Made by a program: the position numbers and the translations under genes. DNA of 64,000 bases. Origin: Phycisphaerae bacterium. GTDB lineage: Bacteria > Planctomycetota > Phycisphaerae > WQYP01. Under the pieces are notes generated by a model. That model did not search any database, was not told the DNA's origin, and was given only the letters and a program-made list of their open reading frames with translations. The DNA lies in the NCBI GenBank assembly GCA_035524355.1, contig DATKPA010000035.1, forward strand, positions 12,425 through 76,424, in the 5' to 3' direction. Below, in pieces: positions 30,866 through 40,936 of this stretch (the first letter of the stretch is position 1; every line of letters begins with the position of its first letter).

Positions 30866-32458
30866 ATGTCAAAGCGCTTTGTTCCTCTCACCGTTGCAGT
30901 TCTCTTCGGAGTCTTGTCCCAGGGATGTGAGTGGATCAAGAACGGATTCAAGGTCGGGCCCAACTACTCCCCGGCGCCCGTCCCCCTCGCCAACAATTGG
31001 ATTGACTACCAGACTCCGGCCGCCACCGAGCCGGCAACTCAGGCCGCCACGCAGCCCGCAACCCAGCCCACGGCTACAAATCTGGCCACGTGGTGGACGG
31101 TCTTCAATGACCCCGTCCTCAACTCCCTCATGCACGATGCCTACGCACAGAGCCTCACCCTCCGCGCCGCTGGCGAGCGCATCGCCGCCGCCCGCGCCAA
31201 CCGGGACATCGCCATCGGCAACCTCTTCCCGCAGACCCAGCAGGCCGCCGGCGCCTACACCTGGAACAAATCCAGCGAGGACACCCACTTCCACAACAAG
31301 GACCAGTGGTTCCAGGATTCCAACGTAGGCCTCAACTTCGGCTGGGAAATCGATTTCTGGGGTCGCTACCGCCGTTCGCTCGAATCCTCCGACGCCAGCC
31401 TCGACGCCTCCATCGCCGACTACGACAACGTGATGGTCATCCTCCTCTCGGATGTCGCCACGAACTACGTCCAATACCGCACCTACCAGGAACGTCTCGC
31501 CCTCGCCCACCAGAACGTCGAGATTCAGCGCCAGGCCTACGAACTCGCGCAGCACAATTTCAACGCTGGCGCCACGACCGAACGTGACGTGCAACAAGCC
31601 AGGCAGGCCTATGAACAGACCCGCGCCTTGATCCCGCAATTCGAGCTGGGCATCCGCCAGGCCAACAACGCCATCTGTGTCCTCCTGGGCATCCCCGTCC
31701 AGGATCTTTCGTCGCGCCTCGGCGACGCCGGCATACCCGCCGCTCCCGTGGAAGTCGCCATCGGCATCCCCGCCGATCTCCTCCGCCGCCGGCCCGATGT
31801 CCGTGAAGCGGAACGCCTCGCCGCCGCGCAAAGCGCCCTCATCGGCGTACAGGAAGCCGCCCTCTATCCCCACTTCTTCATCAACGGCACCATCGGCGTC
31901 AATGCCGACAGCTTCCACGAAATGTTCCACACCCCCGGCAGCATGGCCGGCGGATTCGGGCCCTCCTTCCAGTGGGACATTCTCAACTATGGCCGGCTTG
32001 AAAACGCCGTCACCTCCCAGCAGGCGATCTTCCGCGAATTCATCCTCCGCTTTCAACAAACCGTCCTCATCGCCAATCAGGAAGCCGAAGACGCGATCAC
32101 TTCCTTCGCCAAATCCAAGGAGCAGGCCGACCTCGAATCCCTGAGCGTCGCCGCCGCCCAGCGCACCGTGCAGATCACCTACGACCAATATCGCCACGGG
32201 GCCATCGATTTCACCCCCGTCTTCATCTTTGAAACCACGCTGACCCAGCAGCAGGACTCCCTCGCCGTGACACGAGGCAACATCGTCCTGAGCGTCGTCA
32301 ATCTCTACCGCTCACTGGGCGGCGGCTGGGAAGCAAGGCTACAACCCGAAGGCATCGTAGGCCCGCCCACCACAGCACCATCCATCGAGCGCGTACACAC
32401 GGGCCCCGAAGGTCTTCTGATGCCGACGACCACCAAGCCCGCAACCAATCCCTCCTGA
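30866..32458 (+). CDS. RND outer-membrane factor (NodT/OprM/OprN family) lipoprotein
   Basis: Start ATG 30866 after GGGAG; lipobox LSQGC; 'KVGPNYSPAP', 'WEIDFWGRYRR', 'LLRRRPDVREAER', 'LYRSLGGGW'. Confidence 0.9.
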   Translation: MSKRFVPLTVAVLFGVLSQGCEWIKNGFKVGPNYSPAPVPLANNWIDYQTPAATEPATQAATQPATQPTATNLATWWTVFNDPVLNSLMHDAYAQSLTLRAAGERIAAARANRDIAIGNLFPQTQQAAGAYTWNKSSEDTHFHNKDQWFQDSNVGLNFGWEIDFWGRYRRSLESSDASLDASIADYDNVMVILLSDVATNYVQYRTYQERLALAHQNVEIQRQAYELAQHNFNAGATTERDVQQARQAYEQTRALIPQFELGIRQANNAICVLLGIPVQDLSSRLGDAGIPAAPVEVAIGIPADLLRRRPDVREAERLAAAQSALIGVQEAALYPHFFINGTIGVNADSFHEMFHTPGSMAGGFGPSFQWDILNYGRLENAVTSQQAIFREFILRFQQTVLIANQEAEDAITSFAKSKEQADLESLSVAAAQRTVQITYDQYRHGAIDFTPVFIFETTLTQQQDSLAVTRGNIVLSVVNLYRSLGGGWEARLQPEGIVGPPTTAPSIERVHTGPEGLLMPTTTKPATNPS

Positions 32459-32497
32459 ACGAGGAATTCGCGCACCTGGTGCCGAGGAGTTCTCTGT

Positions 32498-33688
32498 ATG
32501 AAATACCACAAGCGAATCTCAATGATGCTGATCTCGGCGGCAGCCCTCGCGATCGCCGCCTGCGAACCGGCCGCCCAGCCGGCCGCCCCCGCGCCGCCCA
32601 AGGTCAGCGTCGCCCATCCGGAAACCCGCGATTACGTGGAAGCTGACGACTACAACGGCTGGATCAGCGCCGATCAATCCGTCGACGTCCGCGCCCGCGT
32701 CAGCGGCCATCTGCAAAGCATCAATTTCACCGATGGCCAACTCGTTAAAAAGGATCAGGTCCTCTTCCAGATCGACCCTCGCCCCTTCGAGGCCGACGTC
32801 GCCCGCGCCACCGATCAACTCCACATCTACGAGGCCCAGGTCACCGCCGCACAAAAGGAGGAAGCCCGCCTCAAGGAACTTCAATCCAAGGGCGGCTCCA
32901 GCCAGAGCCAGGTCGACAAGGCCGAGGCCGATCGGATCTCTCTCGAAGCCCAGGTCGAAGGCGCCAAACACGAAATTGACCGCGCCAAGCTCAATCTGGA
33001 ATACGCACGCATCACCGCCCCCTTCGCCGGCCGCATCAGCAACTCCATCCTCAGCGTCGGAAACCTCGTCAACGCCGGCGGCAGCGTCCCCGTGCTCACC
33101 ACCATCGTCTCCATCGATCCCGTCTTCGTGAACTTCTCCATCGACGAACGCGCCATGCAGCGCTACATGAACATGCATAAGACTCAATCCGGCGAGGCCC
33201 GCTCCGGAGCCCTCAAAGCCTCCCAGCTACCCTTCCAATTCCAGCTCGAAACCGAAAAAGACTTCCCCCACGAAGGCATCCTCGATTTCATCGACAACCA
33301 GGTCGACCAACAGACCGGCACCATCAACGTCCGCGGCACGATTCCCAACCCACAGGGCCTCTTCGTCCCCGGTTCCCGCGTCAAGATCCGCGTCCCCATC
33401 AGCGCCTCCCGTTCCGTAATGCTCGTCCCCGACACCGCCATTCTCAGCGACCAGGACAAACGCTACGTCCTCGCCCTCGATGACAAAAACGTCGTCCAAC
33501 GCCGCGACATCTCCACCGGAAAACTCCTCGACGACGGCATGCGAATCGTCCTTCCGAACGCCGAAGGCAAGAACCTCTCCCCCGACGACTGGATCGTCGT
33601 CCTTGGCATCCAATCCGCACGCATCAATTATCCCGTCGAACCGATCAAGCCGTCAGCCCCGCCTGCGACAACCATGGCCAGTCAGTGA
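32498..33688 (+). CDS. RND periplasmic adaptor (MFP, MexE-like)
   Basis: Lipobox IAAC; 'VDVRARVSGHL', 'LFQIDPRPF', 'ITAPFAGRIS', 'DNQVDQQTGTI'. Confidence 0.92.
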   Translation: MKYHKRISMMLISAAALAIAACEPAAQPAAPAPPKVSVAHPETRDYVEADDYNGWISADQSVDVRARVSGHLQSINFTDGQLVKKDQVLFQIDPRPFEADVARATDQLHIYEAQVTAAQKEEARLKELQSKGGSSQSQVDKAEADRISLEAQVEGAKHEIDRAKLNLEYARITAPFAGRISNSILSVGNLVNAGGSVPVLTTIVSIDPVFVNFSIDERAMQRYMNMHKTQSGEARSGALKASQLPFQFQLETEKDFPHEGILDFIDNQVDQQTGTINVRGTIPNPQGLFVPGSRVKIRVPISASRSVMLVPDTAILSDQDKRYVLALDDKNVVQRRDISTGKLLDDGMRIVLPNAEGKNLSPDDWIVVLGIQSARINYPVEPIKPSAPPATTMASQ

Positions 33689-33720
33689 CGCCCCACATCC
33701 CCTGACACCCGAGGTGTTTC

Positions 33721-36700
33721 GTGATCTCCCATTTCTTTATTGACCGGCCGATCTTCGCATCGGTGCTCTCCATCGTCTTCCTCATCGTCGGCTTCGTCGC
33801 GCTCACCACGCTCCCCATCGCCCAGTATCCGGATGTCGCCCCTCCGACTGTTCAGGTCACCGCGACCTACCCCGGCGCCAGCGCCCAGACCGTTGCCGAC
33901 ACCGTCGCCACCCCCATCGAACTCCAGATCAACGGCGTCGAACGCATGCTCTACATGACCAGCCAGTCCACCAATGACGGCCAGCTTAACCTCAACGTCA
34001 CCTTCGAGCTCGGCACCAACCTCGACATGGCCCAGGTCCTCGTCCAGAACCGCGTCTCCATCGCACTCGCCAGTCTCCCCGAGGAAGTCAAACGCATCGG
34101 CGTCACCACCAAAAAGAAATCCCCCTCCATCCTCCTCTGCGTCAACCTCATCTCCCCCGACAACCGCTACGACCAGCTCTACCTTTCCAATTTCGCCACC
34201 CTCAACGTCAAGGACGATCTCGCCCGCATCAAGGGCGTCGGCGATGTCGCCTTCCTCGGCCCGCGCGATTATTCCATGCGCGTCTGGGTCGATCCCGACC
34301 GCCTCGCCTCCCTCCAGATGACCACCTCGGACGTCATCAAGGCCATCCAGGAACAGAACCTGCAGGTCGCCGCCGGCCGCATCGGCCAGCCACCCATTCC
34401 CCCCACCGCCAATGTTCCGTTCGATCTCCCCATCAACACCCAGGGCCGCCTTGTCTCCGAGGAGCAATTCGAAAACATCATCGTGAAGACCGGCGCCAAG
34501 GGCCAGAACGTCTATTTGCGGGATGTCGTGCGCGCGAAGAAATACGATGCCAACGGCAACGTCATCCAGAGAGGCGTCGAACTCGGCGCCAAAAACTACG
34601 ATGTCTCCAGCTACCTCGGCGACGGTAAGGACAAACGCTTCCCCGCCGTCACACTCGCCGTCTTCCAGCTCCCAGGCTCCAACGCCATCCAGACTGCCGA
34701 CGCCATCAAAGCCAAGATGGAAGAACTCAAATCCCGCTTCCCCGCCGGCATCGACTACCGCATCGTCTACGACACCACCGTCTTCGTCAAAGAATCCATC
34801 ACCAGCGTCTACCACACCCTCATCGAGGCCTTCATCCTCGTCTTCATCGTCGTCCTCGTCTTCCTCCAGAACTGGCGCGCCACCATCATCCCCATGGTCG
34901 CCGTCCCCGTCGCCCTCATCGGCACTTTCGCCGTCATGAGCCTCCTCGGCTTCTCCCTCAATAACCTCTCTCTCTTCGGCCTCGTCCTCGCCATCGGCAT
35001 CGTCGTCGATGATGCCATCGTCGTCGTCGAAAACGTCGAGCGACTCATGGCCACCGGCCTCAACCCGCGCGACGCCTCCCGCAAAGCCATGGACGAAGTC
35101 ACCGGTCCCGTCATCGCCATCTCCCTCGTCCTCTGCGCCGTCTTCGTCCCCACCGCATTCATGGCCGGCATCTCCGGCCAGTTCTTCAAGCAGTTCGCAC
35201 TCACCATCGCCGTCTCCACCGTCATCTCCGCCTTCAACTCCCTCACCCTCAGCCCCGCCCTCTGCGCCCTGCTCCTGAAACCTCACGGCCACGGCGAGCA
35301 CGGTCACGCCGAGGCCCTTCCCAAACTCGGCATCGCCATCATCGGCGGCCTCATCGCCTACGTCGTCGCCCTCCCCTATGTCGCCCCCCTCTTTGGCATT
35401 CACCTTGGCGGACATGGCGAAGAAGTCGTCGCCACCACCGGCCCCACCGTCCTGCTCCTGAAAATCGGCGTCTTCGCTGCCGGCGCAATCGCCGGCTACT
35501 TCCTCGGGTACTTCGTAAATTTACTCCTGGGCGCACTCTTCAAAGGCTTCAACAAGGCCTTCGATATCGCCATCGCCGCGTACGGCAGCACCGTCGCCCT
35601 CCTTCTCAAACTTTCCGTCATCATGCTCTTCATCTACGCCGGCTTCCTCGTCCTCGTGGTCCTTGGCTTCAAGGTAGTTCCCGTCGGCTTCATCCCCGAC
35701 CAGGACAAAGGCTACCTCGTCGTCAACGCCCAGCTCCCCGACGGCGCCAGCGTCCCGCGCACCGAAGCCGTCGTCGCACGCCTCAGCCAGATCGCCCGCA
35801 ACACCCCCGGCGTCGCCTACACCATCGACCTCCCCGGATACTCCACACTCCTCAGCACCAACCTTACCAACGCCGGCGGCATGTTCATCATCCTCGAACC
35901 CTTCGAAGATCGCGCCGGCAAACCCGAACTCAGCGCCCAATCCGTCCTCCGCTCCCTCCGCAAACAATTCGCCGAAGTCCTCGACGCCCGCGTCGCCACC
36001 TTCAACGCCCCGCCCGTGGATGGCATCGGCAGCACCGGCGGCTTCAAGCTTCAGGTCCAGGATAAACGCGCCGCCGGCCTGCGAACCTTGCAAGGCGCCG
36101 TGCAGAACCTCGCCCGCGAAGGCAACCAGAACCCCAAACTCGCCGGCCTGTTTTCCAGCTTCTCCGTCAACCAGCCGCAACTCTTCATCGACATCGACCG
36201 CGAAAAGGCCAAGGCCCAGGGCGTCTCCCTCGACGAAATCAACAAAACTCTCCAGGCGTCCCTCGGCTCCTTCTACGTCAACGACTTCACCTTCCAGAAC
36301 CGCAACTGGCAGGTCAACGTCCAGGCCGACCCCAACTACCGCCTCCGCATCGAAAACATCAACTCCCTTGAGGTCCGTAACATCAACGGTACCCGCGTCC
36401 CCCTCAGCACCCTCATCAAAGTCCGCGACACCTCCGGCCCCGCCATCGTCAACCACTACAACCTCTTCCCCTCCGCCGAAGTCAACGGCGCCACCGCCCC
36501 CGGCGTCAGCTCGGGCCAGGCCATCTCCATTATGGACAACCTCGCCGACACCAACCTCCCCTCGACCATGGGCTACGAGTGGACGGAGCTCACCCTCCAG
36601 CAGATCCTCGCCTCCAAGGACCTCATCACGAAACTCGTCTTCCCCCTCGCCGTCATCTTCGTCTTCCTCGTCCTCTCCGCGCAATACGAAAGCTGGACCC

Positions 36701-37182
36701 TCCCCGCCGCCATCATCCTCATTGTCCCGATGTGCATCCTCGCCGCCTTCGTCGGCGTGATGATCGCCCACCTCGACAACAACATCTTCGTCCAGATCGG
36801 CCTCGTCGTGCTCATCGGCCTCGCCGCCAAAAACGCCATCCTCATCGTCGAATTCGCCAAGCAGCTCGAAGACCAGGGCAAGGAACTCCGCGAAGCCACC
36901 ATCGAGGCATGCCGCCTCCGCCTCCGCCCCATCCTCATGACCTCACTGGCTTTCATCCTCGGCGTCGTCCCCCTCGTCCTCGCCAAAGGCGCCGGCGTGG
37001 AGATGCGCTTCACCCTCGGCGTCGCTGTCTTCAGCGGAATGCTCGGCGTCACCATCTTCGGCATCTTCTTCACCCCAGTCTTCTACACCGTTATCCGCTG
37101 GCTCACACGAAAGAAAACCCCGGCCGAAGCAGCTCCGAAAGCGGCCCCCGCACAGCCAGTCGCAACCGCCGGCGCTCATTGA
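33721..37182 (+). CDS. HAE1 RND efflux permease (MexF-like)
   Basis: 'FFIDRPIFA', 'LAIGIVVDDAIVVVEN', 'LAAKNAILIVEFA', 'RLRPILMTS'. Confidence 0.95.
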   Translation: MISHFFIDRPIFASVLSIVFLIVGFVALTTLPIAQYPDVAPPTVQVTATYPGASAQTVADTVATPIELQINGVERMLYMTSQSTNDGQLNLNVTFELGTNLDMAQVLVQNRVSIALASLPEEVKRIGVTTKKKSPSILLCVNLISPDNRYDQLYLSNFATLNVKDDLARIKGVGDVAFLGPRDYSMRVWVDPDRLASLQMTTSDVIKAIQEQNLQVAAGRIGQPPIPPTANVPFDLPINTQGRLVSEEQFENIIVKTGAKGQNVYLRDVVRAKKYDANGNVIQRGVELGAKNYDVSSYLGDGKDKRFPAVTLAVFQLPGSNAIQTADAIKAKMEELKSRFPAGIDYRIVYDTTVFVKESITSVYHTLIEAFILVFIVVLVFLQNWRATIIPMVAVPVALIGTFAVMSLLGFSLNNLSLFGLVLAIGIVVDDAIVVVENVERLMATGLNPRDASRKAMDEVTGPVIAISLVLCAVFVPTAFMAGISGQFFKQFALTIAVSTVISAFNSLTLSPALCALLLKPHGHGEHGHAEALPKLGIAIIGGLIAYVVALPYVAPLFGIHLGGHGEEVVATTGPTVLLLKIGVFAAGAIAGYFLGYFVNLLLGALFKGFNKAFDIAIAAYGSTVALLLKLSVIMLFIYAGFLVLVVLGFKVVPVGFIPDQDKGYLVVNAQLPDGASVPRTEAVVARLSQIARNTPGVAYTIDLPGYSTLLSTNLTNAGGMFIILEPFEDRAGKPELSAQSVLRSLRKQFAEVLDARVATFNAPPVDGIGSTGGFKLQVQDKRAAGLRTLQGAVQNLAREGNQNPKLAGLFSSFSVNQPQLFIDIDREKAKAQGVSLDEINKTLQASLGSFYVNDFTFQNRNWQVNVQADPNYRLRIENINSLEVRNINGTRVPLSTLIKVRDTSGPAIVNHYNLFPSAEVNGATAPGVSSGQAISIMDNLADTNLPSTMGYEWTELTLQQILASKDLITKLVFPLAVIFVFLVLSAQYESWTLPAAIILIVPMCILAAFVGVMIAHLDNNIFVQIGLVVLIGLAAKNAILIVEFAKQLEDQGKELREATIEACRLRLRPILMTSLAFILGVVPLVLAKGAGVEMRFTLGVAVFSGMLGVTIFGIFFTPVFYTVIRWLTRKKTPAEAAPKAAPAQPVATAGAH

Positions 37183-37218
37183 TCTCAATCTTTGCAAGGC
37201 AGCTTGAAGCACCCGACC

Positions 37219-37536
37219 ATGAAATCGCCACTCCGCTCCAACCTCTCCATCAAGTGGATCATGCCCCCCCTCATGGTCCTGCCCGTCATCATTGTCTCCA
37301 TCGTCCTCATCACCCTCGACTACCAGACCAGCCGCCGCTCCATCCGCGAACTCGCCGACCGCCCTGCCCGCGACATCCAGACCGCCCTCTACGGCCGCGT
37401 CAAAGTGTACTGCTCCGGCCACGCCATCGAAGACGACGTCACCTTCGTCGTCATCAAATTCACTGAAATCAAAAGCGACTCCCGTTCCGCAGCGGAGGCC
37501 TGCGTCGCATCAACACTCGAAGGAGATTCCCCATGA
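37219..37536 (+). pseudogene. Internally deleted remnant of a membrane SpoIIE/PP2C-type phosphatase
   Basis: An N-terminal TM segment is joined directly to a PP2C-like C-terminus 'HAIEDDVTFVVIKF'; only 105 aa. Confidence 0.55.
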
Positions 37537-38090
37537 AGCGATTCCCTTCCGCGATGCTTGCCCTCACGCTCGCTGTCTTCACCCCAGGGTGCGCCAGTTT
37601 CACCCACGAACACGGCGAACTTGGCGGTGCGCTCGCCGACGACAGCAAGGCGGCACTCGCGCAACTTCGCAGCAAGTCTCCAGCCGCCGAAGCTCTCGCC
37701 CGCTCCGCCAAAGCCGTCCTCGTCTTCCCCGTCGTCTACAAGGCCGGCTTCATCGTCGGCGCTTTCTCCGGCGATGGTGCCCTCATCGACGAGGGCAAAG
37801 TGGTCGACTTCTACAACACCTCCGGAGGCTCCTACGGCCTCCAGGCCGGCGCTCAAGGCTACGCCTATGCCCTCTTCTTCATGAACGACAAGTCCCTCGA
37901 CTACCTCGAACATTCCGCCGGATGGGAAATCGGCGTCGGCCCCACCGTCACCGTCGTCGATCAGGGCCTCGCCGCATCCCTCACCACCACCACCGCACGC
38001 GACGATGTCTACTGCTTCTTCTTCAACCAGAAAGGTCTGATGGCCGGTCTCGGACTCCAGGGATCCAAGATCACCCCCATCAGTCGTTAG
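37533..38090 (+). CDS. YSC84/SYLF-domain lipid-binding lipoprotein
   Basis: Lipobox-like 'TPGC'; 'AKAVLVFP...KAGFIVG...G', 'GGSYGLQAG', 'QKGLMAGLGLQGSKI'. Confidence 0.8.
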   Translation: MKRFPSAMLALTLAVFTPGCASFTHEHGELGGALADDSKAALAQLRSKSPAAEALARSAKAVLVFPVVYKAGFIVGAFSGDGALIDEGKVVDFYNTSGGSYGLQAGAQGYAYALFFMNDKSLDYLEHSAGWEIGVGPTVTVVDQGLAASLTTTTARDDVYCFFFNQKGLMAGLGLQGSKITPISR

Positions 38091-38181
38091 CTCTCCACCG
38101 CCTCATCGTGGGGCGATCTCAACGACGCGGCGCGTTGCCTCGTCCGTCCGAATCATGGGTCCAATCGAAAAGGAGACGTAT

Positions 38182-38793
38182 ATGCCGCGTTTGCTCAAAC
38201 CTGCCCTTTTGCTCACGGCCGCATGTCTGTTGCTGCCCGCCTGCTCGCAGACCAAGGTCCCCCAGGACCTCGCCGACAGCCTCCGCAGCGTCCAGTCCGA
38301 TCTGAATGGCGTTCGCGCATCGATTGTCAGCACCACCAACGCCCTCAAGGATGTCCGCGACAATCGTGGCTCCAATATCCAGCCCCAGTTCGTCGTCTTT
38401 ACCGACAACCTCGCCACTCTCGAATCCAAGGTCGGCGGCACGCAGGTTTCCCGCGATATTACCGTCGACAAGATCAATGCCTTCTTCCAGAAATGGGATC
38501 AGCAGATCAACCAGATCCAGGATCAGGACGTCGCTCGATCTGCACGCGAACGCCAGAAAGAAATCCAGGCCTCCTTCGCGAACTTGAAGGACAAGGTCCA
38601 GGCGCTCAAGAACGCCTATCGTCCCTACTACTCCAGTTGCGTCGACGTCAGGACCACATTGGGCTCCGATATGACCCCGCAGGGCGCCACCATCGCCCGC
38701 CCCGCCATGAACGCCGCCATCGACCAGTCCTCGGCCGTCCTTTCTAAGTTGGACGACGTCAACAAGACCATCAACAATATGACCAGTCCCTGA
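38182..38793 (+). CDS. Helical lipoprotein (DUF2959-like)
   Basis: AAGGAG SD; lipobox LPAC; coiled-coil with 'FFQKWDQQINQIQDQDVARSARER'. Family call is tentative. Confidence 0.6.
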   Translation: MPRLLKPALLLTAACLLLPACSQTKVPQDLADSLRSVQSDLNGVRASIVSTTNALKDVRDNRGSNIQPQFVVFTDNLATLESKVGGTQVSRDITVDKINAFFQKWDQQINQIQDQDVARSARERQKEIQASFANLKDKVQALKNAYRPYYSSCVDVRTTLGSDMTPQGATIARPAMNAAIDQSSAVLSKLDDVNKTINNMTSP

Positions 38794-38803
38794 TCCCGCA
38801 AAC

Positions 38804-38837
38804 AAGGCAGCTCCCGCGCCCGCGCGGGAGCTGCCTT
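38804..38837. terminator. Strong hairpin / terminator
   Basis: 15-bp perfect stem AAGGCAGCTCCCGCG / CGCGGGAGCTGCCTT with a 4-nt loop. Confidence 0.75.
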
Positions 38838-38862
38838 CAATTAAGCCAGCCTGCGCCGCGAA

Positions 38863-38934
38863 TCGCAGTACACCCACTCCGACCGCGGCCAGTTTCCCAA
38901 CATCGCGGCCCGAATCGCCATATTGAAAGATTGG
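38863..38934 (+). pseudogene. Remnant of an arylsulfatase 3' end
   Basis: Translates SQYTHSDRGQFPNIAARIAILKDW, colinear with the intact sulfatase end SQYTQADRDQLPAIAARVAAARD* (43553-43624). Confidence 0.8.
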
Positions 38935-38964
38935 GCCCTGCGTTCCACGTGAGGTTGAGGAAAT

Positions 38965-39336
38965 ATGAAAAAGCTGCTGATATTTGCAGGCCTTGGAGAA
39001 ATCGCCGCCGGCATGCTGCTTCTCATCGCCCCGTCGCTCGGAGCACGCCTGCTGCTTGGCGCGGAACTCACCGGCGTCGCCATCCCGGTCGCGCGTGTGG
39101 CAGGCATTGCCTTGCTTTCGCTCGGCCTGGGCTGCTGCTCCGGCTCCGTCTGGCTCGCCATCTGGATCTACACCACCCTCGCAGCCCTCTACCTCGCGTA
39201 TCTCGGCGTAGCCACCGAATGGACCGGCATCCTGCTCTGGCCCGCCGTCGCCGCCCACGCCGCCCTCACCGTTTTCCTGATCAAGCCCCAAAACGCACCT
39301 TCGCCGCGGCCAGCATCCACGATTCCGCTGGTATAG
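38965..39336 (+). CDS. Small 4-TM membrane protein, copy A
   Basis: Paralogue of 43655-44026 ('LTGVAIPVARVAGIALL', 'WTGILLWPAVAAHAALT'). Confidence 0.8.
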   Translation: MKKLLIFAGLGEIAAGMLLLIAPSLGARLLLGAELTGVAIPVARVAGIALLSLGLGCCSGSVWLAIWIYTTLAALYLAYLGVATEWTGILLWPAVAAHAALTVFLIKPQNAPSPRPASTIPLV

Positions 39337-39387
39337 CGCCGCCGCAGACGGCAACAACTTCGCGACCCCAAACGCCCTCAATCGGAG

Positions 39388-40881
39388 ATGGTCATGTTCA
39401 CCCGCAAAACCAAGGCATTCGCCCTCATCGCACTCTTCATGAACGCCCAGGCCGCAACTCTCCTCGCCCAATCCACGCCCCCCGCCACCGCTCCCGCAGC
39501 CGCCCCAAATCCCCCCCCAATCACCGATGCCGAGCTCGAACAACTCGTCGCCCCCGTCGCTCTCTATCCCGATTCCCTCCTCTCCCAGATTTTCATGGCG
39601 TCCACCTACCCCCTCGAAGTCGTCCAGGCCGACCGCTTCGCCAAGGCCAACCCCAAACTCACCGGCGACGCCCTCACGAAGGAACTCGAAAAGCAACCCT
39701 GGGACGCCAGCGTCAAATCCCTCGTCAACTTCCCCACCGTCCTCGCCATGATGAGCGAAAAACTCGACTCCACCATCAAGCTCGGCGACGCCTTCCTCGA
39801 CGACCAGGCCCGAGTCTTGAACGCCGTCCAGAAACTTCGCGCCAAGGCCCAGGCCGAGGGCAACCTCAAGACCAACGAACAGCAGGTCGTCAATGTCGAA
39901 GCCGCGCCTCCGCCTGCTTCCTCCTCCACCACGGTCTACACCCCCTCCACCACTCAGATCATCACCATCGAACCCGCCAACCCCCAGGTCATCTACGTCC
40001 CCACTTACAATCCCACCGTCGTCTACGGCACCTGGCCCTATCCCGCTTACCCCCCCTACAGCTACTATCCCCCCGGTTACACCGCCGGCGCCGCACTCGT
40101 CGGCTTCGGTGTGGGAATGGCCGTCGGCGCCGCATGGGGCTACGCCTGGGGCAACTGCAACTGGAACGGCGGCGACGTCGACATCGACTACAACCGCAAC
40201 ACCAACATCAACACCAACATCGATCGCTCCAAATACCAGCAGAACCGCCAGGCCAACCAGGCCGATCGTCAAGGCAATCGCGATACCCGCCAGACCGACC
40301 GCCAGGGCAACCGCGATTCCCGTCAAACCGATCGCGGCGGCGCCGGCGGCGGAAACAAATGGCAGCACGACCCCTCCCACCGCCAGGGCGTCGCCTACCG
40401 CGACAACGCCACCAACCAACGCTACGGCGGCGCCGACAACCGCGCCGTCCAATCCCGCGAAGCCTATCGCGGCCGCGCCGACACCGGCCGCCAACAAATC
40501 AACAACGGCGCCGCCAACCAATACCGCGGCCAGAATGCACCCTCCCCCTCCAACCGCCCCAACACCGGTCAGGCGGGTGCTGGAAATCAGAACCGCCCCA
40601 ATGCCGGTCAGGCCGGCGGCGCGCAGAACCGCCCCTCCAACGGTCAGACGGCCAACCCCGGCCAGAACCGCCCCAGCTCCAATCAACGCGGTAACTCCGC
40701 AACCCAGAGACCCAGTGGCGGCAGCAGCGGCGGCGGCTTCTCCGGCGCCGGCGGCGGCGGCAACTCCACCCGCAGCGCCAGCCAGCGCGGCAGCACCAGC
40801 CGCAGTTCCAGTGGCGCCAGCCGCGGCGGCGGTGGCAGCCGCGGTGGTGGAGGTGGACGCGGTGGTGGCGGACGCCGCTAA
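39388..40881 (+). CDS. DUF3300 family protein, copy A
   Basis: 'ELEQLVAPVALYPDSLLSQIFMASTYPLEVVQA', 'WDASVKSL', 'VIYVPTYNPTVVYG', 'WGNCNW'; Gly/Arg/Asn-rich tail. Confidence 0.9.
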   Translation: MVMFTRKTKAFALIALFMNAQAATLLAQSTPPATAPAAAPNPPPITDAELEQLVAPVALYPDSLLSQIFMASTYPLEVVQADRFAKANPKLTGDALTKELEKQPWDASVKSLVNFPTVLAMMSEKLDSTIKLGDAFLDDQARVLNAVQKLRAKAQAEGNLKTNEQQVVNVEAAPPPASSSTTVYTPSTTQIITIEPANPQVIYVPTYNPTVVYGTWPYPAYPPYSYYPPGYTAGAALVGFGVGMAVGAAWGYAWGNCNWNGGDVDIDYNRNTNINTNIDRSKYQQNRQANQADRQGNRDTRQTDRQGNRDSRQTDRGGAGGGNKWQHDPSHRQGVAYRDNATNQRYGGADNRAVQSREAYRGRADTGRQQINNGAANQYRGQNAPSPSNRPNTGQAGAGNQNRPNAGQAGGAQNRPSNGQTANPGQNRPSSNQRGNSATQRPSGGSSGGGFSGAGGGGNSTRSASQRGSTSRSSSGASRGGGGSRGGGGGRGGGGRR

Positions 40882-40936
40882 CCAGAAATTCCTCTGAGGC
40901 AACGGGCCCAATCCTCGAACACCCACAGGAGATGCC

